A stretch of 63,013 nt of DNA, filler included, from Candidatus Babelota bacterium (GTDB lineage Bacteria > JAGOBX01): the NCBI GenBank assembly GCA_017999075.1. It is 7 parts of 7 records of this genome, joined end to end, with 100 filler letters (N's around TTAATTAATTAA, not from the genome) between each part and the next. Parts side by side here need not be neighbours in the genome. Positions count along the whole stretch, not along the records: positions 1 to 9,014 come from JAGOBX010000116.1; positions 9,115 to 18,115 come from JAGOBX010000117.1; 5 more parts are not named here. One strand, 5' to 3'. Positions 1 to 10,013 of this stretch are shown piece by piece. Every line of letters begins with the position of its first letter. The first letter of the stretch is position 1. The notes under the pieces are model-generated. The model ran no database searches. It was not told the origin of the DNA and saw nothing but the letters and a program-made list of their open reading frames with translations. The position numbers and the translations under genes were made by a program.

Positions 1-3000
1 TTATCGTATCATACGCATTTATTCCAAACCTGTCAGTAAGTTTTACGCATACAATGTCTCCGGTTTTTGTAAGTGCAGCTGTTCCGCTCCACGATCCGTT
101 TGTCCCTGTTACTAAACTTATATTCTGTATTACGCCATTAACATATAACGTTACAGTATCATATATCAAACTGTTCAATGTTGTTCCACTGACAATCACA
201 TTCTGCGTTACCGTATCTGTTATAACAGGATATGTTATTTTTATAGATGACATTTTATAATAATTTACGTTTATTGTATCGTAATATGAATTTCCTGAAG
301 TATTAGTCAATTTAGTTACTATACTGTCTCCTAATCCTGACAATGACACAGTACCTGAAAAATTACTGTTTATACCAGTTAAGTATATTATTGAATTTAC
401 AGTTGGTATCCCGCTTGTATCGCCGGAAGAAAAAGTATAAATAACTATTGTGTCTCCTGATTGAGTATTGGCGGTTGTCCCGCTAACAGTTATTATCTGA
501 GTTATTGTATCATGAATAACGATTGAAGGATATATTATTTTAATATCTGATATTATTTTTGGCAGGACAACTTCATAACTTCCGGAATACCAGCTTCTAT
601 TATAAAATTGTCGTCCATCAGTTATATGCGAATCATACGAAATAATGCGGTAATAATATGTCTCTCCAGCAACAATATTCGTATCCGTATAATCTGTATC
701 GCTTGTGTTATTCGTGTCAAAAATTAAAAACACTTCCCAATCGTCAGTATCCCCATCATCTCTGCATTCTGTACTCTTAACCCTATACAATCTATATCCG
801 GCTAATTGATTATCTCCAACGCCGAGCGAAATTCCATTTTCATCAAACGTAGGTTTTGTCCATCTTAAATTTATCTGACCGAATAACGAAGTATCCGCGC
901 TCACAAAACTCGGCGTAGCAGGTGCGACTGTATCCGCGCTGATTGCCGTATCTATCACTGAAGTTCTAAATGGCGACCAAACAGCGCCATTACCCACAAT
1001 CTTTTTTTTTATTAAAGCGGAATCGCTTATATTCCAATAATTATACCTAAAATCAAAATATGTATCTCCTGCAATATATACAGCAGAATCAGGATTCACT
1101 GCTCCGCCTTTCCAATTGTTAAAGTTAAATATATCTGAATATGAATTACCTTTTATATAAAACCCGTATTTTACATTTGAATCAACAGTATTCTGAGCAA
1201 AATAATTATATGCCGAACTGTCAATAAAAAAAACATAATTAGCTGCATTTAAACTATAATTTGAAATTAGAATATTCGAATCAGATCCAAATATATAAAA
1301 ACCAATTTTATTGTTTGAGCTTATATTATTAAATATCAAATTTTTTGAACAGTGAGTCAATGCAACTCCGTCAGAATAATTAAAAATATTATTTCTTACA
1401 GTATTACTATCAGACCATCCGTTTAAATAAATACCAAAAGAAAAATTGTTTTGAAAAATATTGTCGCTTATAAGATTATTTTTTGAAGTCATTAATACTT
1501 GTATGCCCTGATTATTTTTGAAAAAAAAGCAATTTTTTATTCCATTATCTGAGCTAGGACCACCTTTCCAATTTCCAAATACATCAAGATAATACGACTT
1601 TCCAATTAGCGCCACGCCAGTTTGATTCTCATAAAGATGTAAGTTATTAATTAAAGAGTAATTTACAGAATTAAAGCTCATTCCATAATAGCAACCTATA
1701 ATTTTTATATTTGATATTTGTAAATTATTTTTTTCTTCGGAATAAATTCCATAAAGGCTTGTTATATTTGAATCCCCTGGCGGATCAATTATCGTCAATG
1801 TTGAATCTGCCCCAATAAGTGAAATTCCATCAGTGTCTATTACTACAGTTTCTGAATATATCCCAGCATCAATAAAAATAGTATCCCATGATTTAGCCAT
1901 CGACAAAGCTTTTTCGATACTCCTGAATGGAAATGTTTCAGAACCGTTACCCGTAAGATTATTCCCCATTGAAATGCAGAAAATATCATTTACTGTAGAA
2001 GTATCATTTACATACCATTTAGGTCCATAATATTCCGGAGACATAATATTTTTAGCATTAAAAATATTTGAATACCAGCTTCTATTATAAAATTGTCGGC
2101 CATCAGTTATATGAGAATCATACGCAACAATGCGGTAATAATATGTCTCTCCAGTAACAATGTTAGTATCTGTATAATCAGTATCGCTTGTGTTATTCGT
2201 GTCAAAAATCAAAAACATTTCCCAATCATCAGTATCTCCATCATCTCTGCACTCTGTACTCTGAGCTCTGTACAGTCTATATCCTGAAAAATGACTATCT
2301 CCTACGCCGAGCGCAACTCCATTTTCATCGAGCGCAGGTTTCGTCCAGCTTAAATTTATCTGACCGAATAACGAAGTATCCGCGTTCACAAAACTCGGAG
2401 CAGCAGGAGCAACAGTATCCGCACCGATTGCTGTGTCTATCATTGTCGTTCTAAATGGCGACCATAAAATTTTATTTGAATATGTGCCTTTAATTTTATT
2501 TGCTATTGCAGCCGAATCTGTAGTCGACCAATAATTATTTCTAAAATCAAATTCTGTATCGCAAGCGTTATAAACAGCAAAATCAGGATTTACTAATGAT
2601 GGTATAAAATTATTTTTTACAAATGTATCAAATGACGACGTCCCGCTAATATAAAAACCGTATTTAAAATTTGAATCCGCTGTATTTTGTGAAAAATAAA
2701 TATTATTTGAACTGTTTATATAAAATCCCTGACCGTTTGATGAAATATTATTACTGCTTAAATTATTATTAATAATAATATTTTCAGAAGAAGAAATATC
2801 AAAACCATATGAATTATTATTTTTGCCTATATTGTTAATTAAAATACAGTTATTACTTCCTATAACAAAATAACCGCGTAAATTATTATAACTTTTATTT
2901 CCTGAAATATATTCACTGTCACTTATCCAGCAATGAAATCCATTATTGGAGTTATCATATATTATATTGTTGGTTATATAATTACTATTAGTGGATTGTA

Positions 3001-6000
3001 AATAGATACCTACTGACTTATTACTATACACAAGGTTTGAATCAATAGTATTATTGAAAACATTAGAAATAAGTTTAATCCCGTCTCCAATATTGTTTTT
3101 TAAAATATTATTATATACAGTACAAAATTTTGATGAACTACTTATTTCAATACCACGACCGGTATTACTGTCAGCAATATTGTTCTGCAATATATTACTA
3201 TTACTTGAAGTTGATATTTCATAGCCATCACCATTATTTATACTATTATTATTTTCTAAAATATTATAACTGGAATTATTATATAAACGAAATCCTTTAT
3301 TTAAATTATTAAAGCACCTGTTATTTTTAATTATATTATTGACAGAATTCCATAGCGTAATACCGCTTGATAAATTATTTAAACATATATTATCATTAAT
3401 ATAATTTGAATCAGAGCCATTTAGCCATATTGAAGAACTAATATTATTATATAAATTATTATTTGATATGTAGTTTTTATCTGAGTTTAAAATAACTATA
3501 GCATTCACATTATTCTCGGATGTCATATTTTGAAAAATAAAATTTGAGTCAGAACCATTGTATAAATAAATTGCTCCTTCATAATCAACCCCGTTATTTG
3601 TAAAATCAATGGCTACTCTTGCTATTACAGAAGAATCAACATTATCAAAAAAAATACCTCGGTAACAATCTGTAATTCTTAAATTTTCAATGCGTAAATT
3701 ATTTTTTGTATTCGCATAAATCCCGTAAAGCGTAGTTACGCTTGAATCTCCCGGAGGATCAATTATCGTCAAACTCGAATCAGCACCGATAATCGAAATT
3801 TTGTCAGTGTCTATTACTACAGTTTCAGCATATGTTCCAGCAGCTATCTGCACGGTGTTTCCGCTCACACATTTCGATAATGCTTTTGTTATAGTTCTGA
3901 ATGGATAACCTGAAGAACCATTATAAGTATCCGCGCCTAATGAAGAGGAAACATAATAAACATCACCTGAATATTCAGACATTGCCCCTACAGCCGTATA
4001 TATTCCGGAATACCAGCTTCTGTTATAATATACAGTATTTCCAGTGACATGAGAATCATAAGCAATTACTCTGTAATAATATGTCTGCCCAATAATAATA
4101 TCAGTATCAATATAATCAGTATCTTCAGAATTTATAGAATTAAAAATCAAATATTGTTCCCAATCATCTGCTTCCGGCTGAATGTTTCTGTATAACCTAT
4201 ATCCTGAAATACCTGTTAAAATAGAACTATCTTCATCAAAAACCGGTTTACTCCAAACTAAATATATCTGTCCGCCTGCTGATGAGTCAGCACTTAAAAT
4301 AACCGGAACTGCAGGAGCTTTAGTATCGCTTCCTAAAAAAGTGTCTATAGCAGAAGTTCTGTAAGGTACCCAATTGACATACTGAGAATATGCCCCTTTT
4401 ATTTTCTGAGATAAAACAGCGGAATCTGTTGTTGTCCAGTAATTATAACTGAAATCTAAGCTGTTTGAAGAAGCATTATATACCATAGAATCAGTGTAAA
4501 CCGCTCCGGTCTTAAAATTGTTTTTCTGAAAAATGTCTGACGACGATGTTCCAGTAATATAAACCGCATGCCACCCGTTCAACTCAATATTGTTCTGAAA
4601 AAACATATTTCCATTTGAATTATAAACATAAAAACCGTTTTTAGTGTTATTCAATATCAAGTTTCTTGAAAAACTGTTATAATCAGAAGACTGTATCAAA
4701 AAACCATTTTCAGTATTATTCGAACATTCATTTTCAACAAAAATATTTGATTGCGAAGTATCGATTTTTATTCCTGCCTGGTTCAACGTAACATTATTGG
4801 CTGAAATTGTGTTTGAACAAGATTTTTGCAATAAAATTCCGAAATCATTAGATGTTATATAGTTTTCAGCAACAAAATTATATGTTGATGTATCAATTAT
4901 ATATATACCGCAAGCATTTAATGTAAAAGTATTATATGAAATATCGTTCCGCGCGGATTTCATCATATTAAGTCCGCCGCTATTAAAATTTGAAATCAAG
5001 TTATTTGTTATAATGCAGGTTTCTGCGTTTGATGCCATTATAGCCACAATTCCATCAACAAATTTGTTTCCGGAAATAATGCAGCTTGTTCCATTTGTGA
5101 TATTTAATCCAAAATTAAGGGAATTTAAAAAAGTATTTTTTAACACACCTATAGTGTCAGATGTAAATACTATTACTCCTTCCTGATTTCCCTCAAACAC
5201 ATTTTCCGAAAATGTGTTTGAAGATGAATAATCCGATTTTGCCGCATCAATATTATTTTTAAAAGAATTTTTTCTTATTATATTGGAATCACTGCTGTAT
5301 AAGTCTATTCCAGCTCCTGAAAGTATACTGTTTCCACAATTTTCAATTGTATTATTCTCTATTACCGATGAATCCGTATTATAAAAATATATTCCGCTAT
5401 AACAATCCTTGATTTTCAGGTTTGTAATAAACATATTATTCTTGCCATTAGCATAAATCCCGTAAAGCGTGGTTACGCTCGAATCTCCGGGCGGATCAAT
5501 AATAGTCGAACTCGAATCCGTTCCGATTATAGCTATATTATTTACTCCTATAACTACAGTTTCAGGATAAATGCCTGCAGCTATATTAATTGTATCACCT
5601 GTTGTTAAGAAACCTGTTCCTGACCAGCCTGTAATATTTCTAATATATTTTTTAGGAGCAGCTTCTGTCAACCCGCTGTTATTAGTATCTCCTGTGGTAA
5701 TATTTACATACCAGTTGTTAGGTCCTGAAGTATCTGTAAAAATTGCAGTAAGACATTTGGTATCAGAATACCAGCTTCTATTCTGATATTCAATACCTCC
5801 GCTTATATGGCTGTTATACGAAACAATTCTATAATAATATGTTTCGCCAAACGTAATTCCAGTATCTACATAATCAGTATCTTCAGCATCATTGTTTGTA
5901 TATATTAAATATGATTCCCAATCACTAATTCCAACAGGATTAGTAGTTCTATACAATCTGTATCCTAAAATAGGCGCAGCTCCTGAAAGCAAACTTCCAT

Positions 6001-8884
6001 TTTCATAAACAGAAGGTTTCTGCCATTTTATATTCATCAATCCGAAAGTATCTGCATCAATAAATACAGGAGCTGCAGGAGCAACAAACTCAACATTCTG
6101 GTTTGTATCTATTTCAGATGTTCTGTATGGAATCCAGTTCACAGAATATGAACTTCCGCTTAAAATATTAACCCCGAAAATTTTTGACGCAATTGATGAC
6201 GAGTCGGAAGTATAAAAATAATTATATCGGAAATCGTATTGAGTATCACAACTGTTATATACTACAGAATCAGGATATGCCAGTGAGCCACGCCAGTTAT
6301 TTCTCAAAAAAGTATCACTGTTTGAAGTGGATGAAGTTATTGTATCTGACGCAATATATAAAGCGTACATCTGGTTTGAATCAACTGTATTCTGAGAAAA
6401 ATAGTTATTGCTTGAATTTCTCAAATAAATTCCATAACCTTCTGTTCCACTATTTCCTTTTATTGTATTGTTCACAAATTCGTTATTATCTGTATAATTA
6501 GCATAAATTCCTTTACCATAATTATAGCTTATATTATTTTCAATAAAATAATTATATCTGCTTCCTATATAAAAATTTATTCCTCCAAGCGTATTATAAA
6601 CACATTGATTTTTTGACAGTGTGTTTCCATAAGAATTTGTGCTGTCAAAATAGAATGCATAATTATTATTAGAAACTAAATTTTCCGAAAATGTGTTGTA
6701 GTATGACAGTACATTGCACCCGTTCTCAAGGTTATCAATAATTTTATTGTTAGAAAATGTATTGTAAGATGAAGGACTCTGAATAGATATTCCGGTAAAA
6801 TTAAGTTTAATAATTGAATTGGTTATATTATTGTTTTTACATCCTGTTGCCAGATAAATTCCATACCAGTTATTAAACAAATAACAATTTTTTATAGTAG
6901 CCAAGTCAGAATTCTGAAAATAAAATGCTCCGCCGCTTGCCGCCCAGCTTCCGCAATAATCTACCATAACATCTTCTATAAGTGCAGAATCTACTGTTGT
7001 TTCAAAATAAATACCTCTGTAACATTCTGTAATCCGTAATTTTTTTACTGTTAAATATTTCCTGTTTTTAGCATAAATTCCATTCAATGAAGTTACTGTT
7101 GAGTCGCCTGGAGGATCAATAATAGTCAAATTCGAATCAGCTCCTATCAAAGAAATACAATCAGTATCTACGGTTATTGTTTCAGAATATGTTCCAGCAT
7201 AAATATAAACAGTATCTCCTGATCGCATTTTTGATAATGCTTTAGATATGGTCTGATACGGCGAATCTTCAGATCCGTCGTTCAATATATTATTTCCTGT
7301 ATCGCAGCTGACATACCATTTTGGCCCGCTATATTCAGGAATAACAGCAAATGTCTCAGATGCTGACCACTGAGATCTCATAAATCCGCCATCAACCGCC
7401 TGAACACTCCAATAATATGTGCCTATAGGCAAATTTTTAAATATTGCAAATGTGCAATTCTGAACATTCCCAAATAATACATTTGATACCGAATCATTTG
7501 AATCACTGTCTGATGCAGAAATCTGACAGCCCTGATATGAAGTTCCAAGCATAACATTATAAGTCATAATTTTTGAAGGCGTAGTGTCAGTTGTTACATC
7601 TGACCATTGTAATATAACGCTTGAACCGGATAAAAAATTAACTTCGTTAGGAGTTGTTAAAACCGGGGCTGCAGGTCTGATATTTGCCGGAGCCAATCCG
7701 TCATTTCGGTATAAATTTGATACCGAAATTCCTCCTGACAATCCTGTCACAAGAAAATCAAGATCTCCGTCATTATCATAGTCGCCTATATCTGAAGCTC
7801 CATATTCTATTCCCGTAATTCCAGCGCCGGCATCCGTAAATATTCCGCTTCCGTTGTTTTTATATATTTTAGCAAGAATTGTAAAGGTGTCATTCCCAGT
7901 AACCATAATATCCAGATCTCCGTCATTATCATAATCTCCTGTTTTTACTGACGCAAATGTTACTCCTAAATTAACTCCCATAGGTTCTGTAAAATTACTA
8001 AATGTCCCGGTACCATTTATATTCATATATATTATAAATCTTACATTGCCTGAGCCTTCTCCTGTCAGAACTAAATCTATATATCCGTCATTATTATAAT
8101 CGCCAGATGTTAAACAAGGATGCACCAACCCTTCATTGGCTCCCATTGGTTCATGAACATTAGTAAAAGTATTATCTCCATTATTTCTATAAATTATAAA
8201 CCTGTTCGCTAATTCATTGTCTCCGGAGATTGCTATGTCTATATCCCCGTCATTATCGTAATCAAAACATTGTATTGATGAATTTGATACTCCTGTAGTT
8301 GAACCCATAGGCTGAGTCTGAATCGTAAATGTTGAATTCCCGTTATTTTTAAAAATTATAAATCTTGCATATATTTCATCATAACCTGTAGCAGCTAAAT
8401 CTAATAAACCATCATTATCAAAATCCGCCCATTGTATCGAAGATGTGGATAATCCTGCATTAACACCCATTGGTTCATTGATGTTCGTAAATGTGTGATT
8501 TCCGTTATTTCTATAAATTATCAAACGGCTGTATGTTCCGTCATACCCTGAAAATGCCAGATCAAGATCTCCGTCATTATCATAATCCCCCCATGCTAAA
8601 GACGAATAATCGCACGCAACCAATCCTGCACTTATATCTGTAAATGTTCCGGTTCCGTCATTTCTGTATATCTTGCTGATTCTTACTCCGCTGTCAGAAC
8701 CGCTTAAAGCTATATCCAGATCTCCGTCATTATCATAATCGCCAAAAACCACAGAACTTGCACCCACATTTGCAATCGATGCGCCAATATTTGTCCAGCC
8801 TGCTTCAATTCTGCTGTTCTGACTCAATACAAAAAAATATAAAAAAAATATTATTATAAATTTAAAATTATAAATTTGTTTCAT
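1..8884 (-). CDS. Giant secreted/surface protein (>=2961 aa, 3' end runs off the window): signal peptide, 7 FG-GAP/VCBS repeats, FnIII, 4x [parallel beta-helix (NosD/pectin-lyase-like) + FnIII], Ig-like repeats
   Basis: Hand translation from ATG 8884 gives MKQIYNFKFIIIFFLYFFVLSQNSRIEA/GWTN. There are seven GDYDNDGDLD-type motifs (~8745-7760), four copies of 'AGxYxETxxxxxxxIxxIGxDSxxTIIDPPGDS' each followed by N-rich beta-helix rungs, and FnIII motifs 'GYRLYR...YYYRI/V'. The frame at the left edge (...DRFGINAYDTI) matches the start frame. The ORF track missed it because no stop lies inside the window. Confidence 0.93.
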   Translation of the reverse strand, partial: MKQIYNFKFIIIFFLYFFVLSQNSRIEAGWTNIGASIANVGASSVVFGDYDNDGDLDIALSGSDSGVRISKIYRNDGTGTFTDISAGLVACDYSSLAWGDYDNDGDLDLAFSGYDGTYSRLIIYRNNGNHTFTNINEPMGVNAGLSTSSIQWADFDNDGLLDLAATGYDEIYARFIIFKNNGNSTFTIQTQPMGSTTGVSNSSIQCFDYDNDGDIDIAISGDNELANRFIIYRNNGDNTFTNVHEPMGANEGLVHPCLTSGDYNNDGYIDLVLTGEGSGNVRFIIYMNINGTGTFSNFTEPMGVNLGVTFASVKTGDYDNDGDLDIMVTGNDTFTILAKIYKNNGSGIFTDAGAGITGIEYGASDIGDYDNDGDLDFLVTGLSGGISVSNLYRNDGLAPANIRPAAPVLTTPNEVNFLSGSSVILQWSDVTTDTTPSKIMTYNVMLGTSYQGCQISASDSDSNDSVSNVLFGNVQNCTFAIFKNLPIGTYYWSVQAVDGGFMRSQWSASETFAVIPEYSGPKWYVSCDTGNNILNDGSEDSPYQTISKALSKMRSGDTVYIYAGTYSETITVDTDCISLIGADSNLTIIDPPGDSTVTSLNGIYAKNRKYLTVKKLRITECYRGIYFETTVDSALIEDVMVDYCGSWAASGGAFYFQNSDLATIKNCYLFNNWYGIYLATGCKNNNITNSIIKLNFTGISIQSPSSYNTFSNNKIIDNLENGCNVLSYYNTFSENLVSNNNYAFYFDSTNSYGNTLSKNQCVYNTLGGINFYIGSRYNYFIENNISYNYGKGIYANYTDNNEFVNNTIKGNSGTEGYGIYLRNSSNNYFSQNTVDSNQMYALYIASDTITSSTSNSDTFLRNNWRGSLAYPDSVVYNSCDTQYDFRYNYFYTSDSSSIASKIFGVNILSGSSYSVNWIPYRTSEIDTNQNVEFVAPAAPVFIDADTFGLMNIKWQKPSVYENGSLLSGAAPILGYRLYRTTNPVGISDWESYLIYTNNDAEDTDYVDTGITFGETYYYRIVSYNSHISGGIEYQNRSWYSDTKCLTAIFTDTSGPNNWYVNITTGDTNNSGLTEAAPKKYIRNITGWSGTGFLTTGDTINIAAGIYPETVVIGVNNIAIIGTDSSSTIIDPPGDSSVTTLYGIYANGKNNMFITNLKIKDCYSGIYFYNTDSSVIENNTIENCGNSILSGAGIDLYSSDSNIIRKNSFKNNIDAAKSDYSSSNTFSENVFEGNQEGVIVFTSDTIGVLKNTFLNSLNFGLNITNGTSCIISGNKFVDGIVAIMASNAETCIITNNLISNFNSGGLNMMKSARNDISYNTFTLNACGIYIIDTSTYNFVAENYITSNDFGILLQKSCSNTISANNVTLNQAGIKIDTSQSNIFVENECSNNTENGFLIQSSDYNSFSRNLILNNTKNGFYVYNSNGNMFFQNNIELNGWHAVYITGTSSSDIFQKNNFKTGAVYTDSMVYNASSNSLDFSYNYWTTTDSAVLSQKIKGAYSQYVNWVPYRTSAIDTFLGSDTKAPAVPVILSADSSAGGQIYLVWSKPVFDEDSSILTGISGYRLYRNIQPEADDWEQYLIFNSINSEDTDYIDTDIIIGQTYYYRVIAYDSHVTGNTVYYNRSWYSGIYTAVGAMSEYSGDVYYVSSSLGADTYNGSSGYPFRTITKALSKCVSGNTVQIAAGTYAETVVIDTDKISIIGADSSLTIIDPPGDSSVTTLYGIYANTKNNLRIENLRITDCYRGIFFDNVDSSVIARVAIDFTNNGVDYEGAIYLYNGSDSNFIFQNMTSENNVNAIVILNSDKNYISNNNLYNNISSSIWLNGSDSNYINDNICLNNLSSGITLWNSVNNIIKNNRCFNNLNKGFRLYNNSSYNILENNNSINNGDGYEISTSSNSNILQNNIADSNTGRGIEISSSSKFCTVYNNILKNNIGDGIKLISNVFNNTIDSNLVYSNKSVGIYLQSTNSNYITNNIIYDNSNNGFHCWISDSEYISGNKSYNNLRGYFVIGSNNCILINNIGKNNNSYGFDISSSENIIINNNLSSNNISSNGQGFYINSSNNIYFSQNTADSNFKYGFYISGTSSFDTFVKNNFIPSLVNPDFAVYNACDTEFDFRNNYWSTTDSAAIANKIKGTYSNKILWSPFRTTMIDTAIGADTVAPAAPSFVNADTSLFGQINLSWTKPALDENGVALGVGDSHFSGYRLYRAQSTECRDDGDTDDWEMFLIFDTNNTSDTDYTDTNIVTGETYYYRIVAYDSHITDGRQFYNRSWYSNIFNAKNIMSPEYYGPKWYVNDTSTVNDIFCISMGNNLTGNGSETFPFRSIEKALSMAKSWDTIFIDAGIYSETVVIDTDGISLIGADSTLTIIDPPGDSNITSLYGIYSEEKNNLQISNIKIIGCYYGMSFNSVNYSLINNLHLYENQTGVALIGKSYYLDVFGNWKGGPSSDNGIKNCFFFKNNQGIQVLMTSKNNLISDNIFQNNFSFGIYLNGWSDSNTVRNNIFNYSDGVALTHCSKNLIFNNISSNNKIGFYIFGSDSNILISNYSLNAANYVFFIDSSAYNYFAQNTVDSNVKYGFYIKGNSYSDIFNFNNWKGGAVNPDSAVYIAGDTYFDFRYNYWNISDSALIKKKIVGNGAVWSPFRTSVIDTAISADTVAPATPSFVSADTSLFGQINLRWTKPTFDENGISLGVGDNQLAGYRLYRVKSTECRDDGDTDDWEVFLIFDTNNTSDTDYTDTNIVAGETYYYRIISYDSHITDGRQFYNRSWYSGSYEVVLPKIISDIKIIYPSIVIHDTITQIITVSGTTANTQSGDTIVIYTFSSGDTSGIPTVNSIIYLTGINSNFSGTVSLSGLGDSIVTKLTNTSGNSYYDTINVNYYKMSSIKITYPVITDTVTQNVIVSGTTLNSLIYDTVTLYVNGVIQNISLVTGTNGSWSGTAALTKTGDIVCVKLTDRFGINAYDTI
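586..2464. repeat. 394-bp direct repeat pair (586-979 and 2071-2464) encoding duplicated FnIII modules
   Basis: Ungapped hand alignment with about 45 mismatches (~88-89% identity), largely at synonymous positions. Confidence 0.9.
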
Positions 8885-9014
8885 ATCATAAATTCCTGAC
8901 TTTTAAATTTTTTTTTGATAAAAATTATGCTTGTAAATATTTAATTATAATTTGAATATTTCATTTTTATTATAATCAATATTTTGACTGTCCTATTTTT
9001 TTAATCTTATACTT

Positions 9015-9114
9015 NNNNNNNNNNNNNNNNNNNNNNNNNNNNNNNNNNNNNNNNNNNNTTAATTAATTAANNNNNNNNNNNNNNNNNNNNNNNNNNNNNN
9101 NNNNNNNNNNNNNN
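9015..9114. other. Artificial contig linker (N44-TTAATTAATTAA-N44)
   Basis: All-frame stop spacer flanked by N runs; the same structure recurs six times. Confidence 0.99.
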
Positions 9115-9381
9115 ATCAAGATTAACTTTGTTTCCAATTTCAATATAAAATGTACATACTCCTGTATCTTGACAAACCGGAATATTTTCAGATTTCGCTA
9201 TACAATTATTTTTTATAAATAAGTCTATTATTTTTAAAACCCTTTTGTTATTTGTTGGTTTTGATTTAACTAATTTGAAAAAATCAGAATCAATTTGATA
9301 ATTGGTAGTTTTGCAGACTTCGGATATTTTTTTTACAATATAAGAATATTTAATTGTGGCGTTTTTTTCTATTCTGGTCAC
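9115..9381 (-). CDS. Fe-S hydro-lyase alpha subunit (class I fumarate hydratase / tartrate dehydratase alpha), N-terminal fragment
   Basis: IPVCQDTGVCTFYIEIG motif; truncated by the contig end. Confidence 0.85.
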
Positions 9382-9390
9382 AGCAGCATA

Positions 9391-9600
9391 TTAAAATTTT
9401 CTAAGTTCATCCCGCATTTTGGCAAATTGGTTTCGTTCATGCTCATTTTCTTTAATCTCATACTCAAGATATTCCAATTCTTTTTTAGAACGAATCATAT
9501 AAAAAATATATAACATTATAATTGCAACAAATAACATAAGTAATATTATTATCCAATATAATATATCAAGTTGATCTATTATTGATATCAACCCTTCCAA
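9391..9600 (-). CDS. Small single-pass membrane protein, hypothetical
   Basis: TTG start with AGGAG RBS; one hydrophobic helix followed by a charged coiled tail; sits directly upstream of the fumarase alpha gene. Confidence 0.65.
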   Translation of the reverse strand: MEGLISIIDQLDILYWIIILLMLFVAIIMLYIFYMIRSKKELEYLEYEIKENEHERNQFAKMRDELRKF

Positions 9601-9820
9601 TATTTTACTCCTGAATTTATATATTTTTTATATTGTTAAATGATTATACTACTAATTTAAATAAAAATCAATTACTAAAATCACATCTAAATTATACTTT
9701 TAAATAAATATACGGAATTTGATATCATTGCAATACTTTTAATAAAATTTAACCACAACGAACCAAATTCCGCATTTATTCAATTTCTTTTATTTGAATA
9801 AAAACCTAAAGGTTTTATTT

Positions 9821-9988
9821 TTATGCTTTTGATATTGCATTTACTGGGCATACTTCTTCGCAAGCTCCGCAGTCTGTGCATACTTCAGGATCTATTTTAT
9901 AAATATCTCCTTCTTTAATTGCATCAACAGGACATTCTGATGCGCATGACCCGCATGCTATGCATTCTTCTGAAATTACTCTTGCCAT
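9821..9988 (-). CDS. 2[4Fe-4S] ferredoxin (55 aa, clostridial type)
   Basis: Not in the ORF track. Translates as MARVISEECIACGSCASECPVDAIKEGDIYKIDPEVCTDCGACEEVCPVNAISKA*, with two CxxCxxCxxxCP motifs and a GGAGG RBS. Confidence 0.97.
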   Translation of the reverse strand: MARVISEECIACGSCASECPVDAIKEGDIYKIDPEVCTDCGACEEVCPVNAISKA

Positions 9989-10013
9989 TTTACTTTACCT
10001 CCAATTTTGTTTT

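Noticed and set aside
586-2464. Repeat pair as a diversity-generating retroelement TR/VR
   Set aside because: Mismatches involve all four bases and are mostly synonymous, not adenine-specific. Both copies are coding, and no reverse transcriptase is present.
54-7781. Short plus-strand ORFs in the track across contig 1
   Set aside because: They are antisense shadows of the giant minus-strand CDS. The same applies to the short antisense ORFs inside other long genes.
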